Part shown: in pieces, positions 43,835-54,493 of the stretch
How the letters are laid out: each line of letters opens with the position of its first letter
Numbering within the stretch: the stretch's first letter is position 1
Assembly: GCA_035550735.1 (NCBI GenBank)
Contig: DASZOM010000006.1
Location: 6,984-70,983 of the forward strand
Direction of reading: 5' to 3'
Length of the DNA: 64,000 bases
DNA from: Acidimicrobiia bacterium
GTDB taxonomy: Bacteria > Actinomycetota > Acidimicrobiia > Spongiisociales > ZC4RG35
Translations under genes and position numbers: made by a program
The notes under the pieces: generated by a model
Databases searched by the model: none
The model's input: only the letters and a program-made list of their open reading frames with translations
Told to the model about the DNA's origin: nothing

Positions 43835-45139
43835 CTAGCGCTCTTCGATCGGGACCACGGTGCGGTCGGTCTTGCCGATGTAGATCTGACGGGGGCGGTA
43901 GATGCGCGCCTCGGGATCGCCGGCGAGCTCCCGCCACTGTGCCAGCCATCCCGGCAGACGGCCCATCGCGAACAGCACGGTGAACATGTCGGTGGGAAAG
44001 CCCATCGCCCGGTAGATGATCCCCGAGTAGAAGTCGACGTTCGGGTAGAGCTTGCGCTCCACGAAGTAATCGTCGGAGAGCGCTATCTCCTCGAGCTGCA
44101 GGGCGAGGTCGAGGATCGGGTCATCCACTCCCATCGCCTCGAGGACGTCCTCGGCCGCCTTCTTGAGGATCTTCGCCCGGGGGTCGAAGTTCTTGTACAC
44201 CCGGTGGCCGAATCCCATCAGTCGGAATGGGTCGTCCTTGTCCTTTGCCCGCTTGATCACGGTTTCGATGTCGTCCCCGGATGCCGTTATCTGGTCGAGC
44301 ATCTCGAGCACGGCCTGGTTGGCACCCCCGTGTAGAGGGCCGCTCAATGCGGCGATGCCCGCCGATATCGAGCTGAATATGTTGGCGTGACCAGAGCCCA
44401 CCAGACGCACGGCGGAAGACGAGCAGTTCTGCCCGTGGTCGGCGTGGAGGATGAGGAGCATGTTCAACGCCTTGGCCACCACCGGATCGGGCCGGTAGTC
44501 CTCGGCGGGGACCGAGAACATCATCCGGAGGAAGTTCTCCGAGTAGTCGAGCGTGTTGTCCGGATAGACGTAGGGCTGATGCACCGAGTACTTGTATGAC
44601 CAGGCGATCATCGTTGGGGTCTTGGCGATGAGCCGTCGGGCGCTCAGGTCGACCGCATCCCGGTCGAGGGGGTCGAGGGCGTCCGGGTAATAGGTGGCCA
44701 GCGCGGATGTGGCCGCCGCCAGGATCGACATCGGGTGAGCGCTGTGCGGGAAGGCCTCGAACAGGCGCTTCATGTCCTCCCGCAGCAGGGTGTGATGGGT
44801 GATCGTGTCCGTGTAGGCATCGAGCTCGGTCTTGGTCGGCAGATCCCCGTATTGGAGGAGGTAGGCCACCTCGAGGAAACCGGTGCTCTCGGCGAGCTGC
44901 TCGATGGGATAGCCGCGGTAGTGCAGAATGCCCTCTTCCCCGTTGATGTAGGTGATCTCGGATCGTCCCTCGGCCGTGTTGCCGAAGCCTCGGTCCAACG
45001 TGACGAGACCCAGCGAGGAGCGCAGGCTGGAGATGTCGATCGCATCCTCGTCTTCGGTCCCTGTGAAGACAGGCAGCTCCAACTCGCGGTCCCCGTAGCG
45101 CAAAACGGCGTCGGCCATCCCAATCCTTTCTGGTGTCAC
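43835..45139 (-). CDS. gltA: citrate synthase (type II)
   Basis: ILHADHGQNCS, GPLHGGAN, and MGFGHRVYK catalytic blocks. Confidence 0.93.
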   Translation of the reverse strand: MTPERIGMADAVLRYGDRELELPVFTGTEDEDAIDISSLRSSLGLVTLDRGFGNTAEGRSEITYINGEEGILHYRGYPIEQLAESTGFLEVAYLLQYGDLPTKTELDAYTDTITHHTLLREDMKRLFEAFPHSAHPMSILAAATSALATYYPDALDPLDRDAVDLSARRLIAKTPTMIAWSYKYSVHQPYVYPDNTLDYSENFLRMMFSVPAEDYRPDPVVAKALNMLLILHADHGQNCSSSAVRLVGSGHANIFSSISAGIAALSGPLHGGANQAVLEMLDQITASGDDIETVIKRAKDKDDPFRLMGFGHRVYKNFDPRAKILKKAAEDVLEAMGVDDPILDLALQLEEIALSDDYFVERKLYPNVDFYSGIIYRAMGFPTDMFTVLFAMGRLPGWLAQWRELAGDPEARIYRPRQIYIGKTDRTVVPIEER

Positions 45140-47184
45140 GCGTCCTCGGAGCGAGCAGCGATCACGGCTTGCGCCTCATTGTGGGGCACTTCCTCGTAGT
45201 GGTCGAACTCCATCTCGAACGTCCCTCGACCCGAGGTGATGGATCTCAGCTCGGCTGCGTACTGCTGCATCTCGGCCATGGGCACCTCGGCGTTGACCGT
45301 GCGCAACGAGCCTTCACCCTCCATGCCGAGCACCTTGCCCCGCTTCGAGTTGATGTCACCCATCACGTCACCCAGATTCTCCTCGGGGACCGTGATCGCA
45401 ACCTTCATGATGGGCTCCAACAGCACCGGCTTCAGCTTGTCGGCTGCGGCCTTCACCGCCTGGATGCCGGCCATGCGGAAGGACATCTCGTCGGAGTCCA
45501 CGGCGTGGTACTTGCCGTCGTAGAGCTCGGCGGCGACGTCCACCACCGGGAACCCGGCGAGGACCCCTCGTTGCAGCGCCTCCTGGACCCCTTTGTCTAC
45601 GGCCGGGATCAGCCCCCTGGGGATGGATCCACCCTTGATCGAGTCGATGAACTCGTAGCCGCTCCCGCGGGGCCTGGGGGAGAAGCGGACGGAGGCGACG
45701 CCGAACTGGCCCCTCCCGCCCGATTGCTTCTTGTGCTTCCCCTCCGCATCGGCGGTCGCCATGATCGACTCCCGGTAGGGGATCTTGGGGATGGTGGAGT
45801 CGATCTCCACGCCGTACATGCGCCTGATCCGGGCGAGGGTCACCTCGAGATGGGTGTCGCCGAGACCGGAGAGGATGGTCTCGCCGGTCTCCGCCCTGCG
45901 TTCGACGCTGATCGTGGGGTCGCTCTCCTCGATGCGGTGGAGAGCGGTGGACATCTTCTCGTCGTCCTGGTGAGAGTGGGGAGCGATCGCCAGCTCGGCA
46001 ACCGGGGTCGGGTACCGAACCGGTTCGATGACGGCATCGAGCCCGGGGGAGCGGAGGGTGTCGCCCGGCTGGAGGTCCTCCACCTTGGCGACCGCACCGA
46101 TCCCGCCCACCGGCAGCTCGGAGACGTCCTGGTGGTCCTTGCCCTGGAGCTTGAAGAGGCTGTGGAGCCGGACCCGGCCGCCCCGCGCCAGCTCCAGGTC
46201 CATGTCGGCCTTCACCGTGCCCGAGTAGATGCGGAACAGCGAGATCCGCCCGACGAACGGATCGGAGAAGGTCTTGAAGACGTAGGCGAGCACCGGGCCG
46301 TCCGCCGAAGGCTCGATGGCGGTGCCCTGCCGTAGCGCAGGCATCGAGCGCTCCAGCGGGCTGGGCCCGTAATCGAGGATGAACTCGAGGAGGAGGTCGA
46401 TACCGATCAGCTTGTCCGCTGAGGTGACGAGGACAGGATGGATCTCGCCGGCGATGATGCCGTGGTGGATCGTGTCGACGATCTGCTGGCGGCTGGGCTC
46501 CGTGCCCTCGAAGTACGCCTCCATCATCGCGTCGTCGGTCTCGACGACGCTCTCGATCAGGGCCGTGTGGGCGATGTGGACCAGATCGGCCACGTCGTCG
46601 GGAAGGTCGACTTGCTTGCCGTTTGGTGACCCCGCCTCGTACTCGTAGGCACGCTCCGTCGCCACCCGCACCACTCCGCGCAGGCTCTCCTCCGAGCCGA
46701 GAGGGACCTGAATGGGCGCCAGCGACTTGCCGAACGAGCTCCTCAGCTCGTCCATGACCCGTTCGTAAGAGGCACGCTCCCGGTCGAGCTTCGTGATGAC
46801 GATTGCTCGGGGGATGCCCTCTTCCTCGGCGGCTCTCCACAAGACCTCGGTCTGCACCTCGACGCCGTCGACGGCCGACACGGCGAACAGGGCCAGATCG
46901 GCGGCACGCAGGGCCGTTCTGGCGTCACCTCCGAACTCGGTGGAGCCAGGCGAGTCGAGGATGTTGATGCGGGTTCCGTTCCAATCGACGGTCGCCACCG
47001 CCAAACCGAGTGAGATCCCACGCTCGATCTCCTCGGGCTCGTAGTCGAATGTCGTGGTGCCTTGCTCGATCGATCCCATCCGGTTTGTTGCTCCGCCGAC
47101 GAAGAGCATGGCCTCGGCGAGCGTGGTCTTCCCGCTGCCGCCATGACCGACCAGGGCGACGTTCCTGATCTTCTCGGGAACCAC
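45136..47184 (-). CDS. elongation factor G paralogue (EF-G2-like GTPase)
   Basis: IRNVALVGHGGSGKTTL P-loop, DSPGSTEF, and ITKLD, with EF-G domains II-V. The P-loop differs from canonical EF-G AHIDAGKT. Confidence 0.9.
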   Translation of the reverse strand: MVPEKIRNVALVGHGGSGKTTLAEAMLFVGGATNRMGSIEQGTTTFDYEPEEIERGISLGLAVATVDWNGTRINILDSPGSTEFGGDARTALRAADLALFAVSAVDGVEVQTEVLWRAAEEEGIPRAIVITKLDRERASYERVMDELRSSFGKSLAPIQVPLGSEESLRGVVRVATERAYEYEAGSPNGKQVDLPDDVADLVHIAHTALIESVVETDDAMMEAYFEGTEPSRQQIVDTIHHGIIAGEIHPVLVTSADKLIGIDLLLEFILDYGPSPLERSMPALRQGTAIEPSADGPVLAYVFKTFSDPFVGRISLFRIYSGTVKADMDLELARGGRVRLHSLFKLQGKDHQDVSELPVGGIGAVAKVEDLQPGDTLRSPGLDAVIEPVRYPTPVAELAIAPHSHQDDEKMSTALHRIEESDPTISVERRAETGETILSGLGDTHLEVTLARIRRMYGVEIDSTIPKIPYRESIMATADAEGKHKKQSGGRGQFGVASVRFSPRPRGSGYEFIDSIKGGSIPRGLIPAVDKGVQEALQRGVLAGFPVVDVAAELYDGKYHAVDSDEMSFRMAGIQAVKAAADKLKPVLLEPIMKVAITVPEENLGDVMGDINSKRGKVLGMEGEGSLRTVNAEVPMAEMQQYAAELRSITSGRGTFEMEFDHYEEVPHNEAQAVIAARSEDA

Positions 47185-47260
47185 GAAACCTCCTTGTGGA
47201 AAAACGCGATCCTAACCCTGGTGATCCCCCACGTTTTCAGGCGGGTGCTACTTTCTCGCC

Positions 47261-47830
47261 GTGATCGATACCCGGGTCAGGCCGCATGTGACCCGCTACC
47301 TCGACGCCATGGGACGAGGGCTGGCCTCCATCGGCTTCACACCGGCGGCGATGACCGCCCTCGGCCTTGCGCTGGTGCTCACCGGAGCCGTGATGGTGGG
47401 GATGAACCGTCTTCTCCTGGGCGCATGCGTGATCGCGGTGGGATCGATGCTCGACGGGCTCGATGGTGCGGTGGCGCGGGCCTCGGGGCAGGTGTCCGCC
47501 CGGGGCGCCTTCCTGGATTCCGCGTTTGACCGTGTCGGTGAGATCGCGGCCTTCGCCGGTCTCGCCTTCGCCATGGAGGGTGAGGCGAGGGTCCTGTTGC
47601 TGATCGTGCTGTCCGTGGGCGGGGCGATGCTCGTCCCCTACATGCGGGCACGAGCCGAGGCGGAGGGCCTTGCCGGCCAAGGCGGGCTCATGGGCCGCAC
47701 CGAGAGACTGATCCTCTTCTGCGCCGGGCTGATCTTCGGGTTCGTCGAGCCGATGCTCTGGATCTTCGTGGTGCTGGTCTGGGTGACGGCGCTGACCCGT
47801 TTCACCCGCTCCTATCGCTCCATCTCGTGA
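47261..47830 (+). CDS. pgsA: CDP-alcohol phosphatidyltransferase (phosphatidylinositol-phosphate synthase type)
   Basis: DGLDGAVAR...FLDSAFDRVGE matches the CDP-alcohol motif D(x)2DG(x)2AR...D(x)3D. Synteny with the acyltransferase and pimA. Confidence 0.85.
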   Translation: MIDTRVRPHVTRYLDAMGRGLASIGFTPAAMTALGLALVLTGAVMVGMNRLLLGACVIAVGSMLDGLDGAVARASGQVSARGAFLDSAFDRVGEIAAFAGLAFAMEGEARVLLLIVLSVGGAMLVPYMRARAEAEGLAGQGGLMGRTERLILFCAGLIFGFVEPMLWIFVVLVWVTALTRFTRSYRSIS

Positions 47831-48705
47831 TGGACTATCTCGCCTACCTGGCCCTTCGCGCCGGTATGGGACTTCTCGGTGTCCTCCCGGGTGCGGCCGT
47901 TCGCCGGATGGGGTCGTGGTTCGGCCGGGCATGGGCCATCTTCGACAGGCGGCGGAGGGCGATGGCGACACGTCACATGAGACGGGTGCTCGGCGAGCAG
48001 GTCTCGGCCGAGGAGGCCGCCATCGAGGTCATGAGGGCCTATGGCCGCTATTACGCCGAGGCATTGTGGGCCAGGGCGCATCGTGTCGAGGAGATGCTGG
48101 CGGTCACCCGGGTCGACGGTCTGGAGCACATCCTGGCGGCGCGCGACGCCGGCACCGGGATGATCTACGCCCTGCCCCACATGGGGAACTGGGAGGCTGC
48201 CGCCCCTATCGCCGTGAGCGAGGGCGTCCCGGTGGTGGCGGTGGCGGAGGAGCTGCCCAACCTCCGCATCACCGACTGGTTCACCGAGATGCGAGCCGGC
48301 TTTGGGATCGAGATCGTGCTCGCCACCGGCCGTGTCGAGGTGATGCGTCGGCTCGAGGAGGCGATCGCCCGGAACAAGGCTGTCGCCCTGCTCTGCGACC
48401 GTGACCTCAAGGGGAGGGGAGTGGAGGTGGAGTTCTTCGGGGAGAAGACCACCCTGCCTCCGGGCCCGGCCACCCTCGCCGTGCGCACCGGGGCTCCACT
48501 GCTGCCGGTCGGGTGCTATTTCGCCGACGGCGGCTATCGGGTCGTCATCAAGCCGCCGCTTCCGGTGCCCGACGCGGGCACTCGCGGCCAGAAGGTGGAG
48601 GCGATGACTCAATCGCTCGCCTACGAGCTCGAGAAGATCATCTCCGAAGATCCCCGTCAGTGGCACCTGGTGGTGCCCAACTGGCCGTCCGACCGTGAGA
48701 CGTGA
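47827..48705 (+). CDS. lauroyl/myristoyl (LpxL/HtrB-family) acyltransferase, PIM acyltransferase type
   Basis: PHMGNWE motif, and LLCDRDL. Position between pgsA and pimA as in mycobacterial PatA. Confidence 0.8.
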   Translation: MMDYLAYLALRAGMGLLGVLPGAAVRRMGSWFGRAWAIFDRRRRAMATRHMRRVLGEQVSAEEAAIEVMRAYGRYYAEALWARAHRVEEMLAVTRVDGLEHILAARDAGTGMIYALPHMGNWEAAAPIAVSEGVPVVAVAEELPNLRITDWFTEMRAGFGIEIVLATGRVEVMRRLEEAIARNKAVALLCDRDLKGRGVEVEFFGEKTTLPPGPATLAVRTGAPLLPVGCYFADGGYRVVIKPPLPVPDAGTRGQKVEAMTQSLAYELEKIISEDPRQWHLVVPNWPSDRET

Positions 48706-49734
48706 GTGAGGATCGGGCTCCTCTGCCCCTATGACCTCTCCCAGCCGGGCGGGGTGCAGGAACAGGTGAAAGGCCTGCGCGCGGCGTTGCGCGGCTACGA
48801 CGACGAGGTAGTGATCCTCGCTCCCGGAGCAGGAGACGACGACGACACGGTCGACCTGGGCGGGACGGTCTCGGTGCCCGGCAACCTGTCCAAGGTCCCG
48901 ATCAGCCTCGATCCGACGGTGGGCCGGCGAATCAAGGCTGCGACCGCCGGGCTCGACCTGGTTCATGTCCACGAGCCCCTGATGCCGATGGCCTCGCTGA
49001 TGGCGCTGCGCTGCGACCGACCGGTGGTCGCCACGTTCCATGCCGCAACGAGCCCGCTGGGGACCCGTCTCTACCGGCTGCTCGGGCCACGGATCCGCTC
49101 CCTCCTCGGCCCGAATTTGAGACGGGTGACCGCGGTGTCGCCGACCGCAGCCGCTCCTGTGTCCGACTCGCTACCGGTGTCCATCGTGCCCAACGGCCTC
49201 GACGTCGCCGCCTTCACACGAGACGGGCAGCCCTCAGCGCTCCGAGTCTGCTTCCTCGGTCGGGACGAGCCACGCAAGGGCCTCGACGTCCTACTCGCGG
49301 CATGGGCGGATGTGGCAGCCGAGATTCCCGACGCCGAACTGATCGCGATGGGGGCGAACCGGGGCTCCGAGGGAGTCCAATGGCTCGGTCGAGTCGGTGA
49401 GCGCACCAAGGTCGACACCCTGTCGAGCTCGGCGATCTACGTAGCCCCCCATCTGGGCCGGGAGTCGTTCGGGATCGTCCTGGTGGAGGCTATGGCCGCC
49501 GGTGCCGCTGTGGTCGCATCAGACCTCGAGGCGTTCCGCTACGTGGCAGGCGATGCTGCCCTCTACTTCCCGCCGGGTGACAGCAAGGCACTCGCCGAGC
49601 GCTTGACTTCGTTGCTCCGTGGCGAGGACGAGAGGCGGCGTCTACGTGCCGCCGGCAGGGAACGCGCCCAGCGCTTCGACTGGGAGAGAGTGGCCGGGCA
49701 CTACCGCTCCGTCTACCAGCAGGCGCTCTCTTAG
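48706..49734 (+). CDS. pimA: GT4 glycosyltransferase, phosphatidylinositol mannosyltransferase type
   Basis: [22 protein letters not shown]-terminus, and the [16 protein letters not shown]7E motif. Conserved synteny. Confidence 0.78.
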   Translation: MRIGLLCPYDLSQPGGVQEQVKGLRAALRGYDDEVVILAPGAGDDDDTVDLGGTVSVPGNLSKVPISLDPTVGRRIKAATAGLDLVHVHEPLMPMASLMALRCDRPVVATFHAATSPLGTRLYRLLGPRIRSLLGPNLRRVTAVSPTAAAPVSDSLPVSIVPNGLDVAAFTRDGQPSALRVCFLGRDEPRKGLDVLLAAWADVAAEIPDAELIAMGANRGSEGVQWLGRVGERTKVDTLSSSAIYVAPHLGRESFGIVLVEAMAAGAAVVASDLEAFRYVAGDAALYFPPGDSKALAERLTSLLRGEDERRRLRAAGRERAQRFDWERVAGHYRSVYQQALS

Positions 49735-49787
49735 GAGAGAAGGCGGTCGGACGGTACAATTCGACCTCGCAAAGGAGACTCGTAGAC

Positions 49788-50669
49788 GTGGAAACAGGGA
49801 CAGATCGTGTCAAGCGCGGCCTAGCCGAGATGTTGAAAGGCGGCGTCATCATGGACGTCGTCGACGCAGATCAGGCCAGGATCGCCGAAGAGGCCGGGGC
49901 CGTGTCGGTGATGGCGCTCGAGCGGGTACCTGCCGACATCCGCAAGGACGGCGGCGTGGCCCGGATGTCTGACCCCTCGAAGATCGAGGAGATCCAGAAC
50001 GCGGTCACAATTCCGGTGATGGCGAAGTGCCGGATCGGCCACTTCGCCGAGGCTGCGGTGCTGCAGTCACTCGGCATCGACTACATCGACGAGTCAGAGG
50101 TGCTCACCCCGGCCGACGAGGAGCACCATGTCGACAAGTGGGCCTTCACAACGCCGTTCGTTTGTGGCGCCCGCAATCTCGGTGAGGCTCTCCGGCGGAT
50201 CGGCGAGGGCGCAGCCATGATCCGGACCAAGGGCGAGGCCGGCACCGGCAATGTGGTCGAGGCGGTCCGTCACATGAGGACGATGACCAACGAGATCCGC
50301 CGGCTCGCATCCCTCGGCCAGGAGCAGCTGATGTCCGCGGCCCGTGACCTCGCTGCTCCTTACGACCTGGTCCGTGAAGTCGCCGAGACCGGGAAGCTCC
50401 CGGTGGTGAACTTCGCCGCAGGTGGGATCGCCACCCCCGCAGACGCCGCCCTGATGATGGGCCTCGGTGTCGACGGTGTCTTCGTCGGCTCCGGCATCTT
50501 CAAGAGCTCCGACCCGGCCGGCTACGCCCGTGCCATCGTCGAGGCGACCACGTTCTGGAACGAGCCGGACGTCGTTGCCAAGGTGTCCCGTGGCCTCGGC
50601 CAGGCAATGCCCGGCCTGGAGATGGAGACCCTCTCGGAAGCGGAGCAGCTGGCGCGTCGAGGCTGGTGA
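49788..50669 (+). CDS. pdxS: pyridoxal 5'-phosphate synthase lyase subunit
   Basis: [39 protein letters not shown], and [13 protein letters not shown]. Confidence 0.95.
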   Translation: METGTDRVKRGLAEMLKGGVIMDVVDADQARIAEEAGAVSVMALERVPADIRKDGGVARMSDPSKIEEIQNAVTIPVMAKCRIGHFAEAAVLQSLGIDYIDESEVLTPADEEHHVDKWAFTTPFVCGARNLGEALRRIGEGAAMIRTKGEAGTGNVVEAVRHMRTMTNEIRRLASLGQEQLMSAARDLAAPYDLVREVAETGKLPVVNFAAGGIATPADAALMMGLGVDGVFVGSGIFKSSDPAGYARAIVEATTFWNEPDVVAKVSRGLGQAMPGLEMETLSEAEQLARRGW

Positions 50670-51235
50670 GCATGGCCCGGGTCGGCGTGCTCGCCCTACA
50701 GGGCGACTTCCGTGAGCACCTGAGGATCCTCACCGATCTGGGTGTCGAGCCCGTGCCGGTGAAGACGCCGGAACAGCTCTCCTCGGTGGGCGCACTGGTC
50801 ATTCCCGGAGGAGAGTCCACCACGATCGGGAAGCTGGCAGTCCGCTTCGGCCTCCTGGCGCCACTCGCCGAGGCCATCGATCGAGGTTTGCCCGTCTACG
50901 GCACCTGCGCCGGGATGATCCTGCTGTCCGGCGCAGTGACCGAGGGTGACCAACCACTGATCGGCGCCCTCGATGTCGTGGTCAAGCGGAATGCATTCGG
51001 CCGCCAGAACGAGTCCTTCGAGGCCGACCTCGACGTCACCGGCCTGACCGAGCCCTTTCACGCCGTCTTCATCCGCGCTCCCTGGATCGAGAAGGTTGGG
51101 TCCGAGGTCGAGGTCCTCGCCGAGATGGGCGAGCATCCCGTGATGGTGCGTCAGGATCGAGTCCTGGCGACCTCGTTCCATCCCGAGCTGACCGGTGACG
51201 AGCGGATCCACCAGATGCTGCTCGACCTGATCTGA
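50666..51235 (+). CDS. pdxT: pyridoxal 5'-phosphate synthase glutaminase subunit
   Basis: [19 protein letters not shown], and FHPELT. Start overlaps the pdxS stop. Confidence 0.93.
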   Translation: MSMARVGVLALQGDFREHLRILTDLGVEPVPVKTPEQLSSVGALVIPGGESTTIGKLAVRFGLLAPLAEAIDRGLPVYGTCAGMILLSGAVTEGDQPLIGALDVVVKRNAFGRQNESFEADLDVTGLTEPFHAVFIRAPWIEKVGSEVEVLAEMGEHPVMVRQDRVLATSFHPELTGDERIHQMLLDLI

Positions 51236-51242
51236 GGCCCGT

Positions 51243-51992
51243 ATGGCTGGACACTCCAAATGGGCGAACATCAAGCACCGCAAGGGCCGCCAGGATGCGG
51301 CGCGAGGGAAGCTGTTCGGAAAACTGGCCAAGGCGATCGAGGTTGCGGCACGCGAGGGTGGAGGCAACGTCGATTTCAACCCGACCCTGGCCACCGCGGT
51401 CGAGAAGGCCAAGGCGGCCTCGATGCCCAACGACAACATCGACCGGGCGATCAAGCGCGGGTCCGGCGAGGCCGAAGGTGCGTCCTACGAGGAGTTCTAC
51501 TACGAGGGCTACGGTCCCGGCGGGGTCGCCCTCTACGTTCAGGTCCTCACCGACAATCGAAACAGGGCCGCCTCCGACGTACGCTCGACATTCACACGCC
51601 ACAACGGAAACCTCGGCGAGCCCGGCTCGGTCGGATACCTGTTCGACCAGAAGGGATTGATCATGGTGACCGGTGATGAGGACGAGATCATGCTCGCCGC
51701 CCTGGACGCCGGCGCCGAGGACGTCCGCGACGCCGGTGACGGGATATTCGAGGTGATCACATCGGCGGGGGACGTGCGGCCGGTCCGAGACGCCCTCGTC
51801 GCCGGTGGTGTCGAGGTGGAGAGCTCGGACGTCACCCAACTTCCCTCCAACCTCGTCCCGGTGGAGGAAGGCACCGCCAGGCAGGTTCTGCGGCTCATCG
51901 ACGCCCTCGACGACCTGGACGATGTCCAGGCTGTCTACTCCAACTACGACATCGACGACTCGGTCATGGAGAAAGTCCTGGCCGAGGCGTGA
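51243..51992 (+). CDS. yebC: YebC/PmpR-family DNA-binding regulator
   Basis: MAGHSKWANIKHRKGRQDA..., and YEGYGPGGVA. Confidence 0.93.
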   Translation: MAGHSKWANIKHRKGRQDAARGKLFGKLAKAIEVAAREGGGNVDFNPTLATAVEKAKAASMPNDNIDRAIKRGSGEAEGASYEEFYYEGYGPGGVALYVQVLTDNRNRAASDVRSTFTRHNGNLGEPGSVGYLFDQKGLIMVTGDEDEIMLAALDAGAEDVRDAGDGIFEVITSAGDVRPVRDALVAGGVEVESSDVTQLPSNLVPVEEGTARQVLRLIDALDDLDDVQAVYSNYDIDDSVMEKVLAEA

Positions 51993-52408
51993 GCGCCACC
52001 GTCGACGAAGTCAAAGCCTTCTTCGCCGAGCATCTCCCCTTCTTCGACAGATTCGGTTTCTCCGTCGAGTCGATCGAAGACGGCGTCGGAGTCGCCCGTT
52101 TCACCTACGACCCGACCTGGACCAGGCCGTACGGCGTGATCAACGGGGGCACGCTGATGGCACTCGCCGACGTGGCGGTCTACCTGGCGATATTCGGCCG
52201 TCACGGGATCGTCCCCCTGGCGGTGACCAACGAGCTGAAGATGAACTTCCTCCGCCCGGCGATGGATGGTGACGTGCTCGCCCGTGCAGTCCTGTTGAAA
52301 GCGGGGCGGCGGATCGCCTACGGAACGGTCGACGTCTTCATGGACGGCGCACCGGAGAGGCTGGTCGCCCACGCCACGTCCAGCTATGTGATGCCGGACA
52401 CAGCGTGA
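51989..52408 (+). CDS. PaaI-family hotdog thioesterase
   Basis: GVINGGTLMALADVAV and RAGRRIAYGTVDV blocks. Confidence 0.8.
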   Translation: MSATVDEVKAFFAEHLPFFDRFGFSVESIEDGVGVARFTYDPTWTRPYGVINGGTLMALADVAVYLAIFGRHGIVPLAVTNELKMNFLRPAMDGDVLARAVLLKAGRRIAYGTVDVFMDGAPERLVAHATSSYVMPDTA

Positions 52409-52878
52409 GCTACGAGCTAAGTCCGGTCACCGTGTCCGCCTTCGTCCCGGCACCCCCGGACGAGGTATTCGCTTACGTGTCGGACACCCGCAACGACCCC
52501 AAGTGGTGCCCCAACGTCACCGGCGTCGAGCAGGTCTCTGGCGAAGGGGTTGGAGTCGGCTCCCGCTTTCGGTTCCACCAGAGCATTGAGGTGCAGGGGA
52601 GGACCCTCGACTCCGAGGTCGAGGTCGAAGTGCTCTCCATTGCCGATCGTGCCATCGAATGGGCTGTCGACGACCGCTTCCAATCCCGTCATGTCCGTCT
52701 CGGTGTCGAGCCGGTCGAGGGCGGATCGAAGGTGACCCAGCGGACTACAGCCACCTTCAAACGCAAGCCGGGCATAGCCCGTTGGGCGTACCCCTTCCTG
52801 GCTCGGCGAACCTTCCGAAAGCAGTTCACCGAGTTGGCCGGGGTATTCGGCCAACGAACCCCACCACCTGATCCATGA
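52405..52878 (+). CDS. SRPBCC-family (polyketide cyclase/START-like) protein
   Basis: VFAYVSDTRNDPKWCPNV N-terminal block. About 157 aa. Confidence 0.75.
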   Translation: MSYELSPVTVSAFVPAPPDEVFAYVSDTRNDPKWCPNVTGVEQVSGEGVGVGSRFRFHQSIEVQGRTLDSEVEVEVLSIADRAIEWAVDDRFQSRHVRLGVEPVEGGSKVTQRTTATFKRKPGIARWAYPFLARRTFRKQFTELAGVFGQRTPPPDP

Positions 52879-53018
52879 AGCGACTCGGCCGAGCGATGCA
52901 GGGCTTGATGTCGATTGCGGACGCTGCGTCAGACGATGACGACCTGCGGCTTCGCAAGCGCGTCGGGGTGACAGCCGGCCTGGTACCGATTGTCGCGCCG
53001 CTCACATTGCCGATTTAG
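52875..53018 (+). pseudogene. 47-codon ORF coupled (ATGA) to the SRPBCC gene; possible truncated gene remnant
   Basis: MKRLGRAMQGLMSIADAASDDDDLRLRKRVGVTAGLVPIVAPLTLPI*. It ends abruptly where G+C drops. No family is assignable. Confidence 0.2.
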
Positions 53019-53187
53019 GCGCTGTGTCCCGTCAGCTACGTGCTAGCAGCGGCACTGCCAAGCAGATTCGAGTTCGAGGAGCCGATCGTGGAAGTCAAAG
53101 GACTCCAGCCTCTCCGTGCCTATCTGCTGAAGCGGTCTAGTCCGCCGGCTGGCTGGGGCGGTCGGAGCGACGAGGAGGGCAGCTACG

Positions 53188-54435
53188 TCAACTCGACTGG
53201 TTCGGTGTGTATCGCCAGGCTTCCACTGAGGGGCAGCATCCTCCTCCCCAGTGGAGGAGTTGGGCTCCCGTCCAGACTGTGTAGCGGGCTGTGGGATACC
53301 CGAGCACTCGCGCTGTCGTCCAACTGTCGAGAGCGGGGTCGTAGAAGGCGGCGATCGAGCCACAAGAACCGAAGGCGATCACCTGATCGCCCGCCCGAGT
53401 GGGTTCGCCCTGTCCTTCACATGGTGGGATAGGTACAGGAGTTGTCTCCACCCAACTCTCGTCGCCAGGTGTGTATGACATGGTCTTGGCACCGTCGCCG
53501 CTACCGCTCCACGCCAAGAACCTGTCGCCTGTCCAGGCGGTGAACCTGGCGTCGGCCGCCTCGTGGTTGGTCTCGGTCGACAGCTCGGTCGCCGGGAGGG
53601 GCCGCCACGCTTCTCCGTCCCATGCGACACCAAGAAGTGCTCTGTCATGGGGGTACGACTGATGGTTGTCACCGAATGCGTAGACCGCCTCGCCTGTCCA
53701 TCGGAGCGATCCATAGTTCGCGTCGATTCCGGTTGGCCCGATCAGCGTCCACTCGTCACGTGCCGGGTCGTAGGCGGCCGCAATGTCGTCGGCCGCGGAC
53801 CAAACGAAGAGTTGATCACCCGTCCAGACGGCTCCCAAAGTTCCTTCGTTGGTGCTTCGGGTGGGAACGGGAGATTCGGCGATAAGTGACCAGGTATCGC
53901 TGGAAGGGTCGTAGGACGCTCCATCTCTCAGACCCGTACCTCCCACGATCAGCATCGCCTGGCCGGTCCAAGCGGCGACGTGATGAGCCCGAGGGCTTAG
54001 CGGTGCTTGCGCGATCAACCGCCAAGTGTCGGTATCGGGGTTGTAAGCGGCACCGTCAGCAAGGTATGGCCCACCATCACCGGTATCACCGCCCCAAACG
54101 ATCATCTCCTCGCCGGTCCAGACCACAGAATGTCCACCTCGCAGGCTGAGAGGACCGATGTCGATCGATTCGCTGTCGTAGGCGGCCGTTGTCGTGGTCG
54201 CGACTGTCGTCGTGGGAGTTGGCAACGAGGAGGTCGTGCTCGTGAAGGTTGGCAAACCCGTTGTGGTCACCAAGGCGGTATGCGTCGTCGATGGCACGGT
54301 TTGGCCCGTACAACTCGAAACGACCAAGCCCATCAGGCACGATGCGAAAGTCAGTCGTCGCACATGAATACGACGTCGAAAGTCCGCGAACCGTTCACGT
54401 TCAGCCCAAGGTCCATCCCGCGCGCCAACTGGCAA
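53188..54435 (-). CDS. secreted/lipoprotein beta-propeller protein with six Kelch-like WTG repeats
   Basis: Lipobox-like LMGLVVSSC, then a Thr-rich linker, then repeats VVWTGEEMIVWGG, VAAWTGQAMLIVGG, GAVWTGDQLFVWS, LRWTGEAVYAFG, FTAWTGDRFLAWSG, and YTVWTGAQLLHWGG. The true start may be the GTG at 54363. Confidence 0.7.
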   Translation of the reverse strand: MPVGARDGPWAERERFADFRRRIHVRRLTFASCLMGLVVSSCTGQTVPSTTHTALVTTTGLPTFTSTTSSLPTPTTTVATTTTAAYDSESIDIGPLSLRGGHSVVWTGEEMIVWGGDTGDGGPYLADGAAYNPDTDTWRLIAQAPLSPRAHHVAAWTGQAMLIVGGTGLRDGASYDPSSDTWSLIAESPVPTRSTNEGTLGAVWTGDQLFVWSAADDIAAAYDPARDEWTLIGPTGIDANYGSLRWTGEAVYAFGDNHQSYPHDRALLGVAWDGEAWRPLPATELSTETNHEAADARFTAWTGDRFLAWSGSGDGAKTMSYTPGDESWVETTPVPIPPCEGQGEPTRAGDQVIAFGSCGSIAAFYDPALDSWTTARVLGYPTARYTVWTGAQLLHWGGGCCPSVEAWRYTPNQSS

Positions 54436-54493
54436 TTTCGGGCGGAGAAAAAATCCGGATTCCGCTGACGACTCTCTTGTTTTTGTCGGTGGC

